Below, in pieces: positions 15,694-25,166 of a stretch of 64,000 bases of DNA (its first letter is position 1; each line of letters starts with the position of its first letter). This stretch comes from a virus. Location of the stretch: positions 113,461 through 177,460 of IMG/VR virus record IMGVR_UViG_3300008952_000005; one strand, 5' to 3'. The notes beneath the pieces were generated by a model. That model did no database searches. It worked only from the letters and a program-made list of their open reading frames with translations, and had not been told where the DNA came from. Both the position numbers and the translations under genes were made by a program.

Positions 15694-17631
15694 CTATTTA
15701 TCTCCTCGTTTATGCTGGGACCACAATCTTTCAAAGGTCATTTTAGCACCTACGTGCTCGTCCTTTTTAATTGCCTTAGCAATTTCGTGACCTTTTACTA
15801 TCGTTGATTTTTTCAACGGTGTTCCGCTATCCTTTTTAATCTCTTTTGCTTTTGCCATACCTATTGCATATGCTTTGTCATCATCTTCTACTAATTTTGA
15901 TATGTGTGGTATGTCTGCCGCTTTAATTGCAAGTTGTGTAGGTATATCCATTCTCTTAATCATTTGTTTAACAGCGTCGGTTACATCTGTCGCTTTTTTA
16001 TTCTTCCATACACCCTTAATATTAGCAATTTGTTTATCACTCATTTTACTTTGTAAATATCCACTATCTTCTTTAATTACTTTAGCTGATTTAGTCTTAC
16101 TCATATCACCTGTTTTATACCACTTAATATATTTTTCTGCTTCAGCAGGTGTATTATATTTACCAATAACTAATTTACTTCCATCTGTTTTTGTAATCTG
16201 TACTGTATATGCTTCTTTATATACATCAATTTCTACTGGATCAAAACCACCAGGTCTACCAACAGACCTCTTTCGTTTATTCCATAACTCAGCAAATTTA
16301 TCTGCTAATTTATCTGCTTTATTTTGTGCGTCTTTATCATTAGAAGCAGTTAATGTTCCTTCATCTTCTTGATCCCCACCATCATTACCGTAATCGGATG
16401 ATATCTTAATATCATAATGATATGTTGCTTCTGTAGCAATTTGTTTGCCTTCTGGTTCTGGTAGTTTTTGTTCAACAGGTGATGTATTTCTACCCATTTT
16501 ATTAATCTTAAAACCTTTGCTTCTTAATTTCTGTGCTTTGTTTTGTAAATCTTGTAGAGTTTTTGCGTCTTCAAAACCTGCGTGTTTGCCATACTTATCA
16601 TCATAAGATAATCTGAAAGGTGCTTTTGCTTCTGGAACATAACTATGTGTCATACTAGTAGTTATACTAATAGGTTTAGTAGTTGGTTCTATTTCAACAT
16701 CATCTATGTCTTCAACACTACCACCACCACCTGGTCCTATTTTTCTTCTCGCTCTATACTTATCTAATTCTTTTTCATATTTATTTTCAGCATCCTTTTT
16801 ACTAGTTGCATTAATAACCATATCAAATCTATCTTGACTACTAACATCTTTATAACCTAAAACACCTTGTATTCTCCATCTACCTTCATCTAATTGTTCT
16901 CTTCTCATTTGTGCCAATTGGGCAGCATTAGCTCCGTGTTTTGAAATGAGTCTTGCTTGCGCTAACATTGACACAAATGGAATCTTTGCCTTTAATAGTT
17001 TTATTAAAAGCGGTTTACTCTTATCAAACTTATCAAATATTTTCATAAGTTTGTTAGCATTAACACCACTTATAGTTTTACCTTGTAAGGGTGCGTAATC
17101 TTTTTTCAAACTTGCTATTTGACTGTCTGTAAATTCCTGTAATGTGTCAACTTCTTCACCTAAAATAATTTTTACTGTTGATACTTTTAAATTTAATCTT
17201 TTGGCAATCTCTTTATGAGATTTACCTTCTTGATCCATCGTGTAGATATCTTTCATTCTACCTTCATCAAATTCTTCCAGTTCTTCTTTTGCCATAGACA
17301 CAGGTTCAGTATTCAACCATTCTTGGTGTCTTTTGCCTGGGTGTACTTTTTTACAATCGTGTTCTTCACCTAAAATTGCTTTAGGCATTATTTGTACATC
17401 GCCGTGAGATTTTTCTACTTCTTTTTTTAGTAATGTTTTGGCTTTTTCTACGTCCCCTCTTGGAACGTATAAGTTACCGTATGAAAATCTAGTACGGCTA
17501 ATTCCGTTTTTCTTTAGAAAAGATTGAACACCCCACTCAAAACCTTCGCTCATTTTATAGCGAGTCATACTCATAGGTTCTCTATACCTACTTTGTTTCC
17601 ACTTTTCTAATTGTTCTTTTAAGTCGCCCAT
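15694..17631 (-). CDS. Large modular probable head-internal protein
   Basis: Likely start MGDLKEQ at 17631, just after the upstream stop; segments bounded by (I/L/V)-x-E-[EADG]; HTH-like GKSHKEIAKRLNLKVSTVKIIL. Confidence 0.55.
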   Translation of the reverse strand: MGDLKEQLEKWKQSRYREPMSMTRYKMSEGFEWGVQSFLKKNGISRTRFSYGNLYVPRGDVEKAKTLLKKEVEKSHGDVQIMPKAILGEEHDCKKVHPGKRHQEWLNTEPVSMAKEELEEFDEGRMKDIYTMDQEGKSHKEIAKRLNLKVSTVKIILGEEVDTLQEFTDSQIASLKKDYAPLQGKTISGVNANKLMKIFDKFDKSKPLLIKLLKAKIPFVSMLAQARLISKHGANAAQLAQMRREQLDEGRWRIQGVLGYKDVSSQDRFDMVINATSKKDAENKYEKELDKYRARRKIGPGGGGSVEDIDDVEIEPTTKPISITTSMTHSYVPEAKAPFRLSYDDKYGKHAGFEDAKTLQDLQNKAQKLRSKGFKINKMGRNTSPVEQKLPEPEGKQIATEATYHYDIKISSDYGNDGGDQEDEGTLTASNDKDAQNKADKLADKFAELWNKRKRSVGRPGGFDPVEIDVYKEAYTVQITKTDGSKLVIGKYNTPAEAEKYIKWYKTGDMSKTKSAKVIKEDSGYLQSKMSDKQIANIKGVWKNKKATDVTDAVKQMIKRMDIPTQLAIKAADIPHISKLVEDDDKAYAIGMAKAKEIKKDSGTPLKKSTIVKGHEIAKAIKKDEHVGAKMTFERLWSQHKRGDK

Positions 17632-17632
17632 T

Positions 17633-18055
17633 TTATTTGAATCTATTATCTCTTTTGAAATTGTATGATAAACTATGTCTGCTGTATAAGTGTCCGCCGT
17701 GAGTGTCAAATACACGGTTTAATGAGTCCATATACTTTCTGTCTAAAACATTTCCTCTAGCACCTTTTGCTGGAGCATTAACACCAGCTGCCTTCAAAAC
17801 ATCTCCTGTTACCTTATCTACGAAGGCGTGGATACTTCTCTTTTGTCCTCGTTCCGTATCCCAAATTTTGATATACTTACCACCTACACTTGTAGCTACA
17901 TCACGTCTTTGGTCTCTATATAAATTGGCAAATTGTGGGTGTCTTTTGATTTTTTCCCTAGCGATTTTAAGGTAATCATCTACGCCCTTTAAGACCATAG
18001 CCGAACTTTCTGCTACGTATAGTTTATGTACGTATTCTTTGAATTTAGTTGCCAT
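17633..18055 (-). CDS. Conserved phage hypothetical protein
   Basis: GGKYIKIW...SIHAFVDKVTGDVLKAAGVNAPAKGARGNV motif common in phages. Confidence 0.65.
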   Translation of the reverse strand: MATKFKEYVHKLYVAESSAMVLKGVDDYLKIAREKIKRHPQFANLYRDQRRDVATSVGGKYIKIWDTERGQKRSIHAFVDKVTGDVLKAAGVNAPAKGARGNVLDRKYMDSLNRVFDTHGGHLYSRHSLSYNFKRDNRFK

Positions 18056-18063
18056 TTCTCTCT

Positions 18064-20805
18064 CTAAAGTTTCTCAATCATCTTAGCGACTACTTCGTTT
18101 AGTTTCGCTTTCCACTCTTCTTTATAACGTTGTTTATATTTATCTATTGTTGAATCTTGGTTTGACCATTCTTTTACTTCCTTTGTAGTTAACTTATCTT
18201 CACCAACTTTAGCATCCGTTGCCTTACCTGGGCGTGATATGTATGTATCAGTAGGTTTTCCTCGGTCTTTTGAGTCAACAGGAGGTGCATCCTCTTTTTC
18301 TCCAGGTGTCATCTGTTTACAATGATTAGCATAATCAGCACCTATTTCATAACTATCTCTAATTGCTGTGTAAGGTTTAGGTACTGGTATCGTTTCAACT
18401 GCTTCAAATCCATAATCAATGTCTAGGTTGTATTCTCTTAACAATGGTTCTTTATCAGCAGCAACTGGTATACAATCCCATATCCAGCATTTGTGTAAAT
18501 TATTATTTGTATCTTCTAGTACAACATAATTCGTACCTCTTCGTACTACTTTACCTTGTTTATCTTCTTTAAGATATTTAACTTGGTCTCCAATATTGAA
18601 TATCATCTCCCTAACGTATAGGTCTCTAACTTGTTTCTGTTCAAACTGTCCTAATGTCATAATAGGTTTTGAAGTATCTGGTTTATAGTCTTCTCTTATA
18701 CCCATACCTTTTCTTACTGCTTTAAACAGTCCATCAACATCTCTAAAATGAGATGGTAGTCCTCTCTTAAATGACGCTACATCACCTTTTTGAGCAGCAT
18801 CCCTCATCTTGCTCGCACTCATACCTGAAGCACCCTCAGCGTCTGGATCACGCTCTCCAGCAGATATAACATCTATTGTTTTAAAGTTATAATATCCGTG
18901 TCTATTTTTCTGGTCGTTATATTTTTTAAGTATCGTTTCAAATTCTCTTACTCTATCACTACCTACTACAAATTTAAGAACATTATGCCCTTTGTTATAT
19001 AACATAGTAGCAATATCTAATATCATATTTGTTGTATTAATTTCAATGTTTCTAGCATATTGTGGAAATATCTTTTTCATCCAAGATAATTTCTCTCTAG
19101 GAGATAATGGATTCTTTTTACTATCTTCTGACCTACTGATATAGATTTTATAATTTCTATCTGCTCTTACAACTTTATTAATAAGTTTTTCGTGACCTAT
19201 TGTTGGAGGATTAAATCTTCCAAATGTAATTGCAATAGATTTTTCTCCTACTGCTTCTGATTTTAAACTTTTTATTTCTGCGTCTGTTACCTTTTCATCT
19301 TCTAATATTTTTTTACATTTGTAAAAGAATTTTGTGTAATGAAATTTCTCCAAATACTTATAGACAACATTTTTAGGTAACTTATGAGCGATACCATATT
19401 TTTTAATCTCTTCTGGTGTCAAAGGTCTATTAAATAAATCTCTTCTTGCCTGCATAAGGTTATCACCCATTTCGGACATCTTCTTTATAGCATCCTCTAT
19501 CTCTTCTAATTTCTCAGCAGTTTTTATATGTAAATCTAATATATCATTTGGTTTTAATTCTTTTAACTCTTCATAGTCAACTATATCTCTTTGTAATTCT
19601 CCTTTAACTACATCTAGTTCTGCCACTTTCTTTTGAAATTCTGCCTCATATACTTTAGGATCAAACGTTTGTTCTTTAGGTCTCTTATCAAATTTCTGTT
19701 TGAATACATCATAAACTCCTGTAGCAGTTTCAAGATGAGCGTCATTTACTTTAGGGTCTGTTTGAACATAATAATTAATCGGGTGTTGCGTACCTGGTAC
19801 TAACTTACCACTAACTTCTCCTACAGATTGTCTTGCTTCTAAACCAACTGTTTCTCTATCTTTTTCTGGTATGTCTATCAATACATCAATATCTAAATCT
19901 GCGTCATTTCTATATCTCTTTCCAAGAATAGAACCTATTAATTTTACTGACACAACAGGACCCCATTTTGAAAAATGTTTTGCACCTGCTTTAATCATAT
20001 CTAAAACTTTTGGTTTTAATTTTGGATTTTCTGTTTCTGCGTCATCAAATACACCAACAGCATATCTACTTCTAGGTACATCTATAATACTTTCTCCCAT
20101 TACCAATCTTCTACCAACACTAAACATTGTATTCTTAAACATTTGTTCTCTTGACATCCAATTTTTTGCAATATGACTTTTAACTGGTGCTCTCATATAT
20201 CGTCTAACTAATCTGTCACAACCTGCTAATGTTTGTGACACTAATTCTTTATCTGACCTATTATTATCTACTATAATAAAATTTGATTGACCAAATAATC
20301 TTTGAAATTTACCTATATTAGATTGCACTTTCTCCCAAGATGTTTGTACAACATACTCTGGTATTTGCCTACTTCTTATTTTATTTCTTTCTAACGCAAC
20401 AGGTAATGTTGTGTTAACAAATATCATATAACAATCATAACCTAATGCGTGTAGCATATTATATTCGGAATTTATTCTTGCATAATCTCTTCCAGTTGCG
20501 TCAATAACTAAACCTAATCTGCCTCCTACATATTGGTGTAACTGTTTCATCATTGTACCTTTTGCTCTGGCTCTTATAAGGTCTCTAAAATATTTTTCTT
20601 GGTCAGGCATTTTGTCTGAAAGTCCTGCCTGTTTCAATGCTCTTTCAAATATTGTATCTGAATTAACAAACTTTAATCCAGTTCCAGCAAATGCGGAAGA
20701 AGCGATAAAGGTTTTTCCTGAACCTGGTCCACCCGCCATAAAAAAGGCTTTAAATATACCTGGATCGTATACACCTTCTTGTAATAAAAATTCTTTAAAC
20801 TTCAT
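18064..20805 (-). CDS. Multidomain protein: P-loop kinase + Pol-beta-like nucleotidyltransferase + HxGH cytidylyltransferase-like domain
   Basis: AGGPGSGKT and VIDATG (kinase); IGSILG..Y..DADLDIDV (NTase); TFGRFNPPTIGHEKL...MSASKMR (HIGH/KMSKS-type). Confidence 0.8.
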   Translation of the reverse strand: MKFKEFLLQEGVYDPGIFKAFFMAGGPGSGKTFIASSAFAGTGLKFVNSDTIFERALKQAGLSDKMPDQEKYFRDLIRARAKGTMMKQLHQYVGGRLGLVIDATGRDYARINSEYNMLHALGYDCYMIFVNTTLPVALERNKIRSRQIPEYVVQTSWEKVQSNIGKFQRLFGQSNFIIVDNNRSDKELVSQTLAGCDRLVRRYMRAPVKSHIAKNWMSREQMFKNTMFSVGRRLVMGESIIDVPRSRYAVGVFDDAETENPKLKPKVLDMIKAGAKHFSKWGPVVSVKLIGSILGKRYRNDADLDIDVLIDIPEKDRETVGLEARQSVGEVSGKLVPGTQHPINYYVQTDPKVNDAHLETATGVYDVFKQKFDKRPKEQTFDPKVYEAEFQKKVAELDVVKGELQRDIVDYEELKELKPNDILDLHIKTAEKLEEIEDAIKKMSEMGDNLMQARRDLFNRPLTPEEIKKYGIAHKLPKNVVYKYLEKFHYTKFFYKCKKILEDEKVTDAEIKSLKSEAVGEKSIAITFGRFNPPTIGHEKLINKVVRADRNYKIYISRSEDSKKNPLSPREKLSWMKKIFPQYARNIEINTTNMILDIATMLYNKGHNVLKFVVGSDRVREFETILKKYNDQKNRHGYYNFKTIDVISAGERDPDAEGASGMSASKMRDAAQKGDVASFKRGLPSHFRDVDGLFKAVRKGMGIREDYKPDTSKPIMTLGQFEQKQVRDLYVREMIFNIGDQVKYLKEDKQGKVVRRGTNYVVLEDTNNNLHKCWIWDCIPVAADKEPLLREYNLDIDYGFEAVETIPVPKPYTAIRDSYEIGADYANHCKQMTPGEKEDAPPVDSKDRGKPTDTYISRPGKATDAKVGEDKLTTKEVKEWSNQDSTIDKYKQRYKEEWKAKLNEVVAKMIEKL

Positions 20806-22020
20806 TTATTTCCATCCTTTTGGCAACGTAAAGTTTGCCCTACTAAATTCTAATCTATCTACTATTTTTACTGCACCTGCTACTCTATCTACTGCAACAT
20901 ATCCTTCAGGTGCTGTTACTCTATATCCTGTTCCAGTTTTAATGTAGTGTCCTATCTGTTGAATTTGATTCATCTTTTGTATCAATGTGTTCTTCGCATT
21001 ACCTAAAGTTACGTGACTTGCTATCGCCATATATAAACCTGATTTATTTTGATTAATAAATCTTAATCCATCTGCTAATATATCTCTATATTTTTGTTTT
21101 GCTTTTTCAGTTTTTCTTTGGTCTATTTCTGTCTTCAAAATGTTCTCATAATAATCTCTAAACATATCTTGCAAGACTCTAACCTTTGCCATACTGCCTT
21201 TATTATTTCTAATGTAATGATTGAAAAATGCTTTTAATCTAAACCCTACAGATAAAGGGTCACTAGCACGACTAGTCATTTCATCTAATATCTTACTTGC
21301 TTTACCTAAAGAACCTTCTGCCATTCTTAATTGAGCATCAAATTTTCCTAGTTCTGATTTAGTAAAAGTAATAGAACCAGAGTCATCCTTATATTCAGCA
21401 CTCGCAACCCACACTCTTGAATTACCTGACCCTCTAACATTACCAAAACTTGCACTTAAACTTTTCATATCTTTACCAGTATACATTGTATGAAATACAA
21501 TACCCATTTTAGCACGAGCAATTTTCTTACCTATATTGCTATTTGATTGTACTGCATATGTGATTGTATTTGGTGTAAAGGTTATCATTTTTTCACCATC
21601 AATTGAAGCTGATTTTTTATCGTTAGTAAATAATAAATCACCTTGTAAAATTTGTTTAATGTTTAAACTAGATAAATGATTAAGACATACTGATAATTTT
21701 TGAGCGACAGGACCAGAATGGTTCCGTCTTATGTCTGCTGTTGTGTAATTGATTTTGGGAGTTTTGTTGAATATAGATTTAGTACCAACAAAGAATTGAC
21801 CGTTTTCAGGATTGACACCACATATAATAGCAGGTGCCCCATCCCATTTAACAGTAGTATTGATTTTTGCTCCCGAGTGACCTGCGAGCATATCTCTTAC
21901 TGATTTTAGAAAGTTAATTGCGTTAACTCCACCAGCCGAACCTCTATTGATTATATCATCTTCTAGGTGTTCTAGGTGTGTGTTCTTGTCGTTTGTGGTA
22001 AAACCTTTAAAACTAAACAT
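20806..22020 (-). CDS. Conserved T4-like marine phage protein (DUF6267-like)
   Basis: KNTHLEHLED, TVKWDGAPAI, FFVGTKS.FNKTPKINY, QGDLLF, FTPNTITY, PEGYVA, KIVDRLEFS.ANF. Confidence 0.75.
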   Translation of the reverse strand: MFSFKGFTTNDKNTHLEHLEDDIINRGSAGGVNAINFLKSVRDMLAGHSGAKINTTVKWDGAPAIICGVNPENGQFFVGTKSIFNKTPKINYTTADIRRNHSGPVAQKLSVCLNHLSSLNIKQILQGDLLFTNDKKSASIDGEKMITFTPNTITYAVQSNSNIGKKIARAKMGIVFHTMYTGKDMKSLSASFGNVRGSGNSRVWVASAEYKDDSGSITFTKSELGKFDAQLRMAEGSLGKASKILDEMTSRASDPLSVGFRLKAFFNHYIRNNKGSMAKVRVLQDMFRDYYENILKTEIDQRKTEKAKQKYRDILADGLRFINQNKSGLYMAIASHVTLGNAKNTLIQKMNQIQQIGHYIKTGTGYRVTAPEGYVAVDRVAGAVKIVDRLEFSRANFTLPKGWK

Positions 22021-22084
22021 TATTCCTCATTTATTCCATTAGTATAATCTATATTCACATATCCATTAACAAATCATATACTAC

Positions 22085-22092
22085 TATTTATA
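22085..22092 (-). promoter_or_regulatory. T4-type late promoter for the 20806..22020 block
   Basis: TATAAATA. Confidence 0.75.
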
Positions 22093-22150
22093 CTATTTTA
22101 CTACGTGAAAAAGATTGATTACGATTTCACTAGATTGTCCCCTCCAAAAC

Positions 22151-22159
22151 TGATAGTAT
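22151..22159 (+). promoter_or_regulatory. Extended -10 promoter for the lone plus-strand ORF
   Basis: TG-A-TAGTAT ending 7 nt before the ATG at 22166; TTGTCC upstream at 22135. Confidence 0.45.
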
Positions 22160-22165
22160 ATACAT

Positions 22166-22366
22166 ATGAAAACACACGAAAAAGACTTTGAGATTCTACA
22201 AGATGAAATTCAAAAAGTTTTAGATAAAGCTGAAATAAAAATGAATACTCTTATAGATGATTATAGTACAAAGTATGAAGATGAAGATGACGCTGTACAA
22301 ATTCAAACTTATGATTTAAGTTCTTTGTTCAGACAGTTATCTGACTTTGTTGAAGACCATATATAA
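22166..22366 (+). CDS. Small acidic hypothetical protein
   Basis: 66-aa ORF filling the gap between minus-strand genes; D/E-rich. Confidence 0.65.
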   Translation: MKTHEKDFEILQDEIQKVLDKAEIKMNTLIDDYSTKYEDEDDAVQIQTYDLSSLFRQLSDFVEDHI

Positions 22367-23539
22367 TTAATATATCTTTATAAAAGGTCCGTTTGTGTCT
22401 GAAAACTCTTTCTTTGAACCGTAGTATAGGACACTTAACCATTCATCAAATTTTTTCCTTTGACTTATGATTTGGTACTGTTGAATATGTTTTAACGTAA
22501 CTAATTTTGAGAATAATCTACCTAAAACATTTCTATCTTTTTTTATATTTGTTGGTTCTAAACAATATTCTATAACCTTTTTAAAGGTAACATTTTTACT
22601 ACCTAATTCTATAGGAGCATCCCAATTAACCTTTTCATTTTCAATTTTAATATCTTTAATTTTTTTATATAAATTATCCCAAAATTTTATTTGACTGTCT
22701 GAAAATTTACCATCAGTTGCAATGTTGGCATCCTGTGTAGGTGATTCTGGTCTTGCTAAACCTAGTGTCTTTAAAAATTCATCAATAGCAGCTGAAGCTA
22801 CTTTACCTAATTTAGCTCCACTTTTTCTACCTAGTGGTGTTAAATCTGTTTGAATAACTGTACTAGGTTTACTATATCTAAAACTTCTTACTTGTACTTT
22901 AACTATCTCATCATCTATTTGCGTTTTAAAAGTAAATTCTCCAGTATCAAAAAGAGGTGGTTTTGTAACATCTAAATCACAAAATAATGTGCCAGGAATT
23001 ATTTTAATATCAACACCTTTTGATCCAGCTGTTAAATTAGACTCTTCTATTGACGCTTGGTTTATACCTCTTTTTATTTCTTTTAATGAAACTGGTATCA
23101 TACTCTTATTCTTTAAAAGAGTTTTCATATAAAGGTTTAACTTTATTAATTTATCTTGTGGTATAAGACCAGGAGTTTTAGCAATTTTTTCTATTTTTTC
23201 TTTTATTTTTTTCTCATTTGCTTTTTTTACTAAAAGAATATCCATAGGATTCCAAGAATTTTGTTTGGAAGGTCCTCTAACATCCATATATCTACCAACA
23301 ATACCCATTAACCAAGGCAGTATACCATTATCTCTACTATAATTATAATTTTTATTGCCTCTTAAATATCTTTTTAAAGCGTCTGCTTGAAGTTTGTAAG
23401 TATCAACCCACTTTGCTGGTACATCTGGATATACTTTTTCTATAATAGAAGTTGTAGGAAATTTACCAGTTTCTATTACAGATTCAATTACAATCCTTGA
23501 ACCGTTTTCTTGTTTCTTTGTTTCTATTTCTCCTGCCAT
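22367..23539 (-). CDS. Putative PD-(D/E)xK nuclease-like protein
   Basis: SWNPMDILLVK ... IPVSLK spacing; own late promoter. Confidence 0.45.
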   Translation of the reverse strand: MAGEIETKKQENGSRIVIESVIETGKFPTTSIIEKVYPDVPAKWVDTYKLQADALKRYLRGNKNYNYSRDNGILPWLMGIVGRYMDVRGPSKQNSWNPMDILLVKKANEKKIKEKIEKIAKTPGLIPQDKLIKLNLYMKTLLKNKSMIPVSLKEIKRGINQASIEESNLTAGSKGVDIKIIPGTLFCDLDVTKPPLFDTGEFTFKTQIDDEIVKVQVRSFRYSKPSTVIQTDLTPLGRKSGAKLGKVASAAIDEFLKTLGLARPESPTQDANIATDGKFSDSQIKFWDNLYKKIKDIKIENEKVNWDAPIELGSKNVTFKKVIEYCLEPTNIKKDRNVLGRLFSKLVTLKHIQQYQIISQRKKFDEWLSVLYYGSKKEFSDTNGPFIKIY

Positions 23540-23554
23540 ATTCTCTCCTATGAC

Positions 23555-23562
23555 TATTTATA
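23555..23562 (-). promoter_or_regulatory. T4-type late promoter
   Basis: TATAAATA followed by GGAGAG SD. Confidence 0.75.
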
Positions 23563-23568
23563 TTGGAA

Positions 23569-23826
23569 TTATTTAGATTGGAAACACAGGTGCTTGACTA
23601 TACCACCGTTCTCTTGCCAGACTTTATTCTTATTTTGGAACTTCGCTAACTTATCAGCGTCTTCTTCAAAAAAGAATTCTGATACAATAGAACCAGTTGG
23701 TTTCTCTATGACGTGCCATACAATTTTTCTACCTCTCTTAACTAATTTCTTTTCGTAAGAAAGTTTATAATTATACTTTGCTGGTCTCTTATCGCCTCTA
23801 CTGAACCTTACTTTTTGTTTTTTCAT
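23569..23826 (-). CDS. Hypothetical basic protein
   Basis: Contiguous ORF with ATGA overlap. Confidence 0.6.
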   Translation of the reverse strand: MKKQKVRFSRGDKRPAKYNYKLSYEKKLVKRGRKIVWHVIEKPTGSIVSEFFFEEDADKLAKFQNKNKVWQENGGIVKHLCFQSK

Positions 23827-24461
23827 ATACTTTCCAAATAATAATAATTACATCCTTCACCGTGCATACCATAAACAGGATCATATTTTTTATGTTTAAC
23901 ATTAAAATAATCTTTAATGTGATTAGTAAATACAGACTCACTATATCCAAACACAGGCATAGTATCTCCATTTACAAAAAAAATAAGGTGAGGTTTATTA
24001 TCCTCCTTATTGAAAACTCTAATAAACATTTTTCCTGAAGGTTTTAATATTCTATGATACTCTTTTATAATGGATAGAATATCTTGTGGATAGTTCACGT
24101 GTAAAGCACCAGCGTCAATAAGAAAATCAAAACTATTGTCTTCAATCTCATCTAATTTTCTTATATCTCCAACAAGAAATTTTCCTTTTGGTAAACGCTT
24201 TTGAGTTCTTTCTATAACCGTTTGTGAAAAATCTACACCTGTTACCTCAAACCCCTCGGCTATAAGCCATTCAGAATTTCTACCATCTGCACATCCACAA
24301 TCCAAAACCTTTAAATTTTTTTCAAAATTATAATACTTTATAAAATCAACCACGTGGTCATCTTGTTGCTTTCGCTCCATACTAGGATTTTTATAATCCC
24401 AAGGTCCACCAGTTGGGTGATGTTTAAAAAATTCATCCCATTCTTCAACTAAATTTTTCAT
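23823..24461 (-). CDS. Class I SAM-dependent methyltransferase (small-molecule/protein type)
   Basis: KVLDCGCADGRNS, TGVDFS, FLVGDI, FDFLIDAGALH, YHRILKPSG. Confidence 0.85.
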   Translation of the reverse strand: MKNLVEEWDEFFKHHPTGGPWDYKNPSMERKQQDDHVVDFIKYYNFEKNLKVLDCGCADGRNSEWLIAEGFEVTGVDFSQTVIERTQKRLPKGKFLVGDIRKLDEIEDNSFDFLIDAGALHVNYPQDILSIIKEYHRILKPSGKMFIRVFNKEDNKPHLIFFVNGDTMPVFGYSESVFTNHIKDYFNVKHKKYDPVYGMHGEGCNYYYLESI

Positions 24462-24646
24462 ATCATCTTACTACTATCTATTAATTGTGGTTCTTGTTTT
24501 TTCTTCACTACTTTTTTTACTACCTTCTTTTCTTTTTTCTTTTTCTTTCCACCAAAGATTCTATCGTATTCCTTTTTATATTTTGGAGTATTTCCTCTCC
24601 AAGCACCATCAAATACTTTTCCTTTAACGCCTACTTTCATTCCCAT
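24458..24646 (-). CDS. Small basic hypothetical protein
   Basis: YKKEYDRIFG motif; Lys-rich. Confidence 0.55.
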   Translation of the reverse strand: MGMKVGVKGKVFDGAWRGNTPKYKKEYDRIFGGKKKKKEKKVVKKVVKKKQEPQLIDSSKMI

Positions 24647-24647
24647 A

Positions 24648-25166
24648 TTACTTCCAATACGTGTTAAAACTTAATACAATCCTTTCTTTACTTTTATTAA
24701 TACTATCTCCTGAACCGTGCATTAAATAACTCGGAAACATTACCATCATTCCTTTTGTAGGTGTTATTTGATAAGTTTCTTTTGTAAGAGAAGTAGGGTT
24801 TTGAAACACTAACTTGCTACTATTTTCATCTACTTTTAAAAATATAACACCAGAGCAAATTGAATTAGGATGACTATGATAGTTTAGTGTACTATCTTCA
24901 CCTTGTATATTACACCAAGAGTCTTGCATTCTTTGATTGGGTATATAAACTTCGTTCATAATTTTATCTTCTATATCTTTATGATAGTCTAAAATATAAG
25001 CGTTGCCTCCCATATTAACATATGTTGTTTTAGCATTGCCTTTAAAGTAATCATACTGCCCTAAATCTTCTTTATTAATGCTATTAATTAATTTATCTAT
25101 TTCTGTATCATTTAGAAAATTATATTTCTCATATATATCTATTGTAAAAAGTGTTTTCTTATTCAT
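24648..25166 (-). CDS. 2OG-Fe(II) oxygenase
   Basis: HSH..SICSGVIFL, MFPSYLMHG, RIVLSFN. Confidence 0.8.
   Translation of the reverse strand: MNKKTLFTIDIYEKYNFLNDTEIDKLINSINKEDLGQYDYFKGNAKTTYVNMGGNAYILDYHKDIEDKIMNEVYIPNQRMQDSWCNIQGEDSTLNYHSHPNSICSGVIFLKVDENSSKLVFQNPTSLTKETYQITPTKGMMVMFPSYLMHGSGDSINKSKERIVLSFNTYWK

Noticed and set aside
22105-22130. GTGA...TCAC as a CRP site linked to the phage cyclase
   Set aside because: The spacer is far longer than the 6 nt of a CRP box
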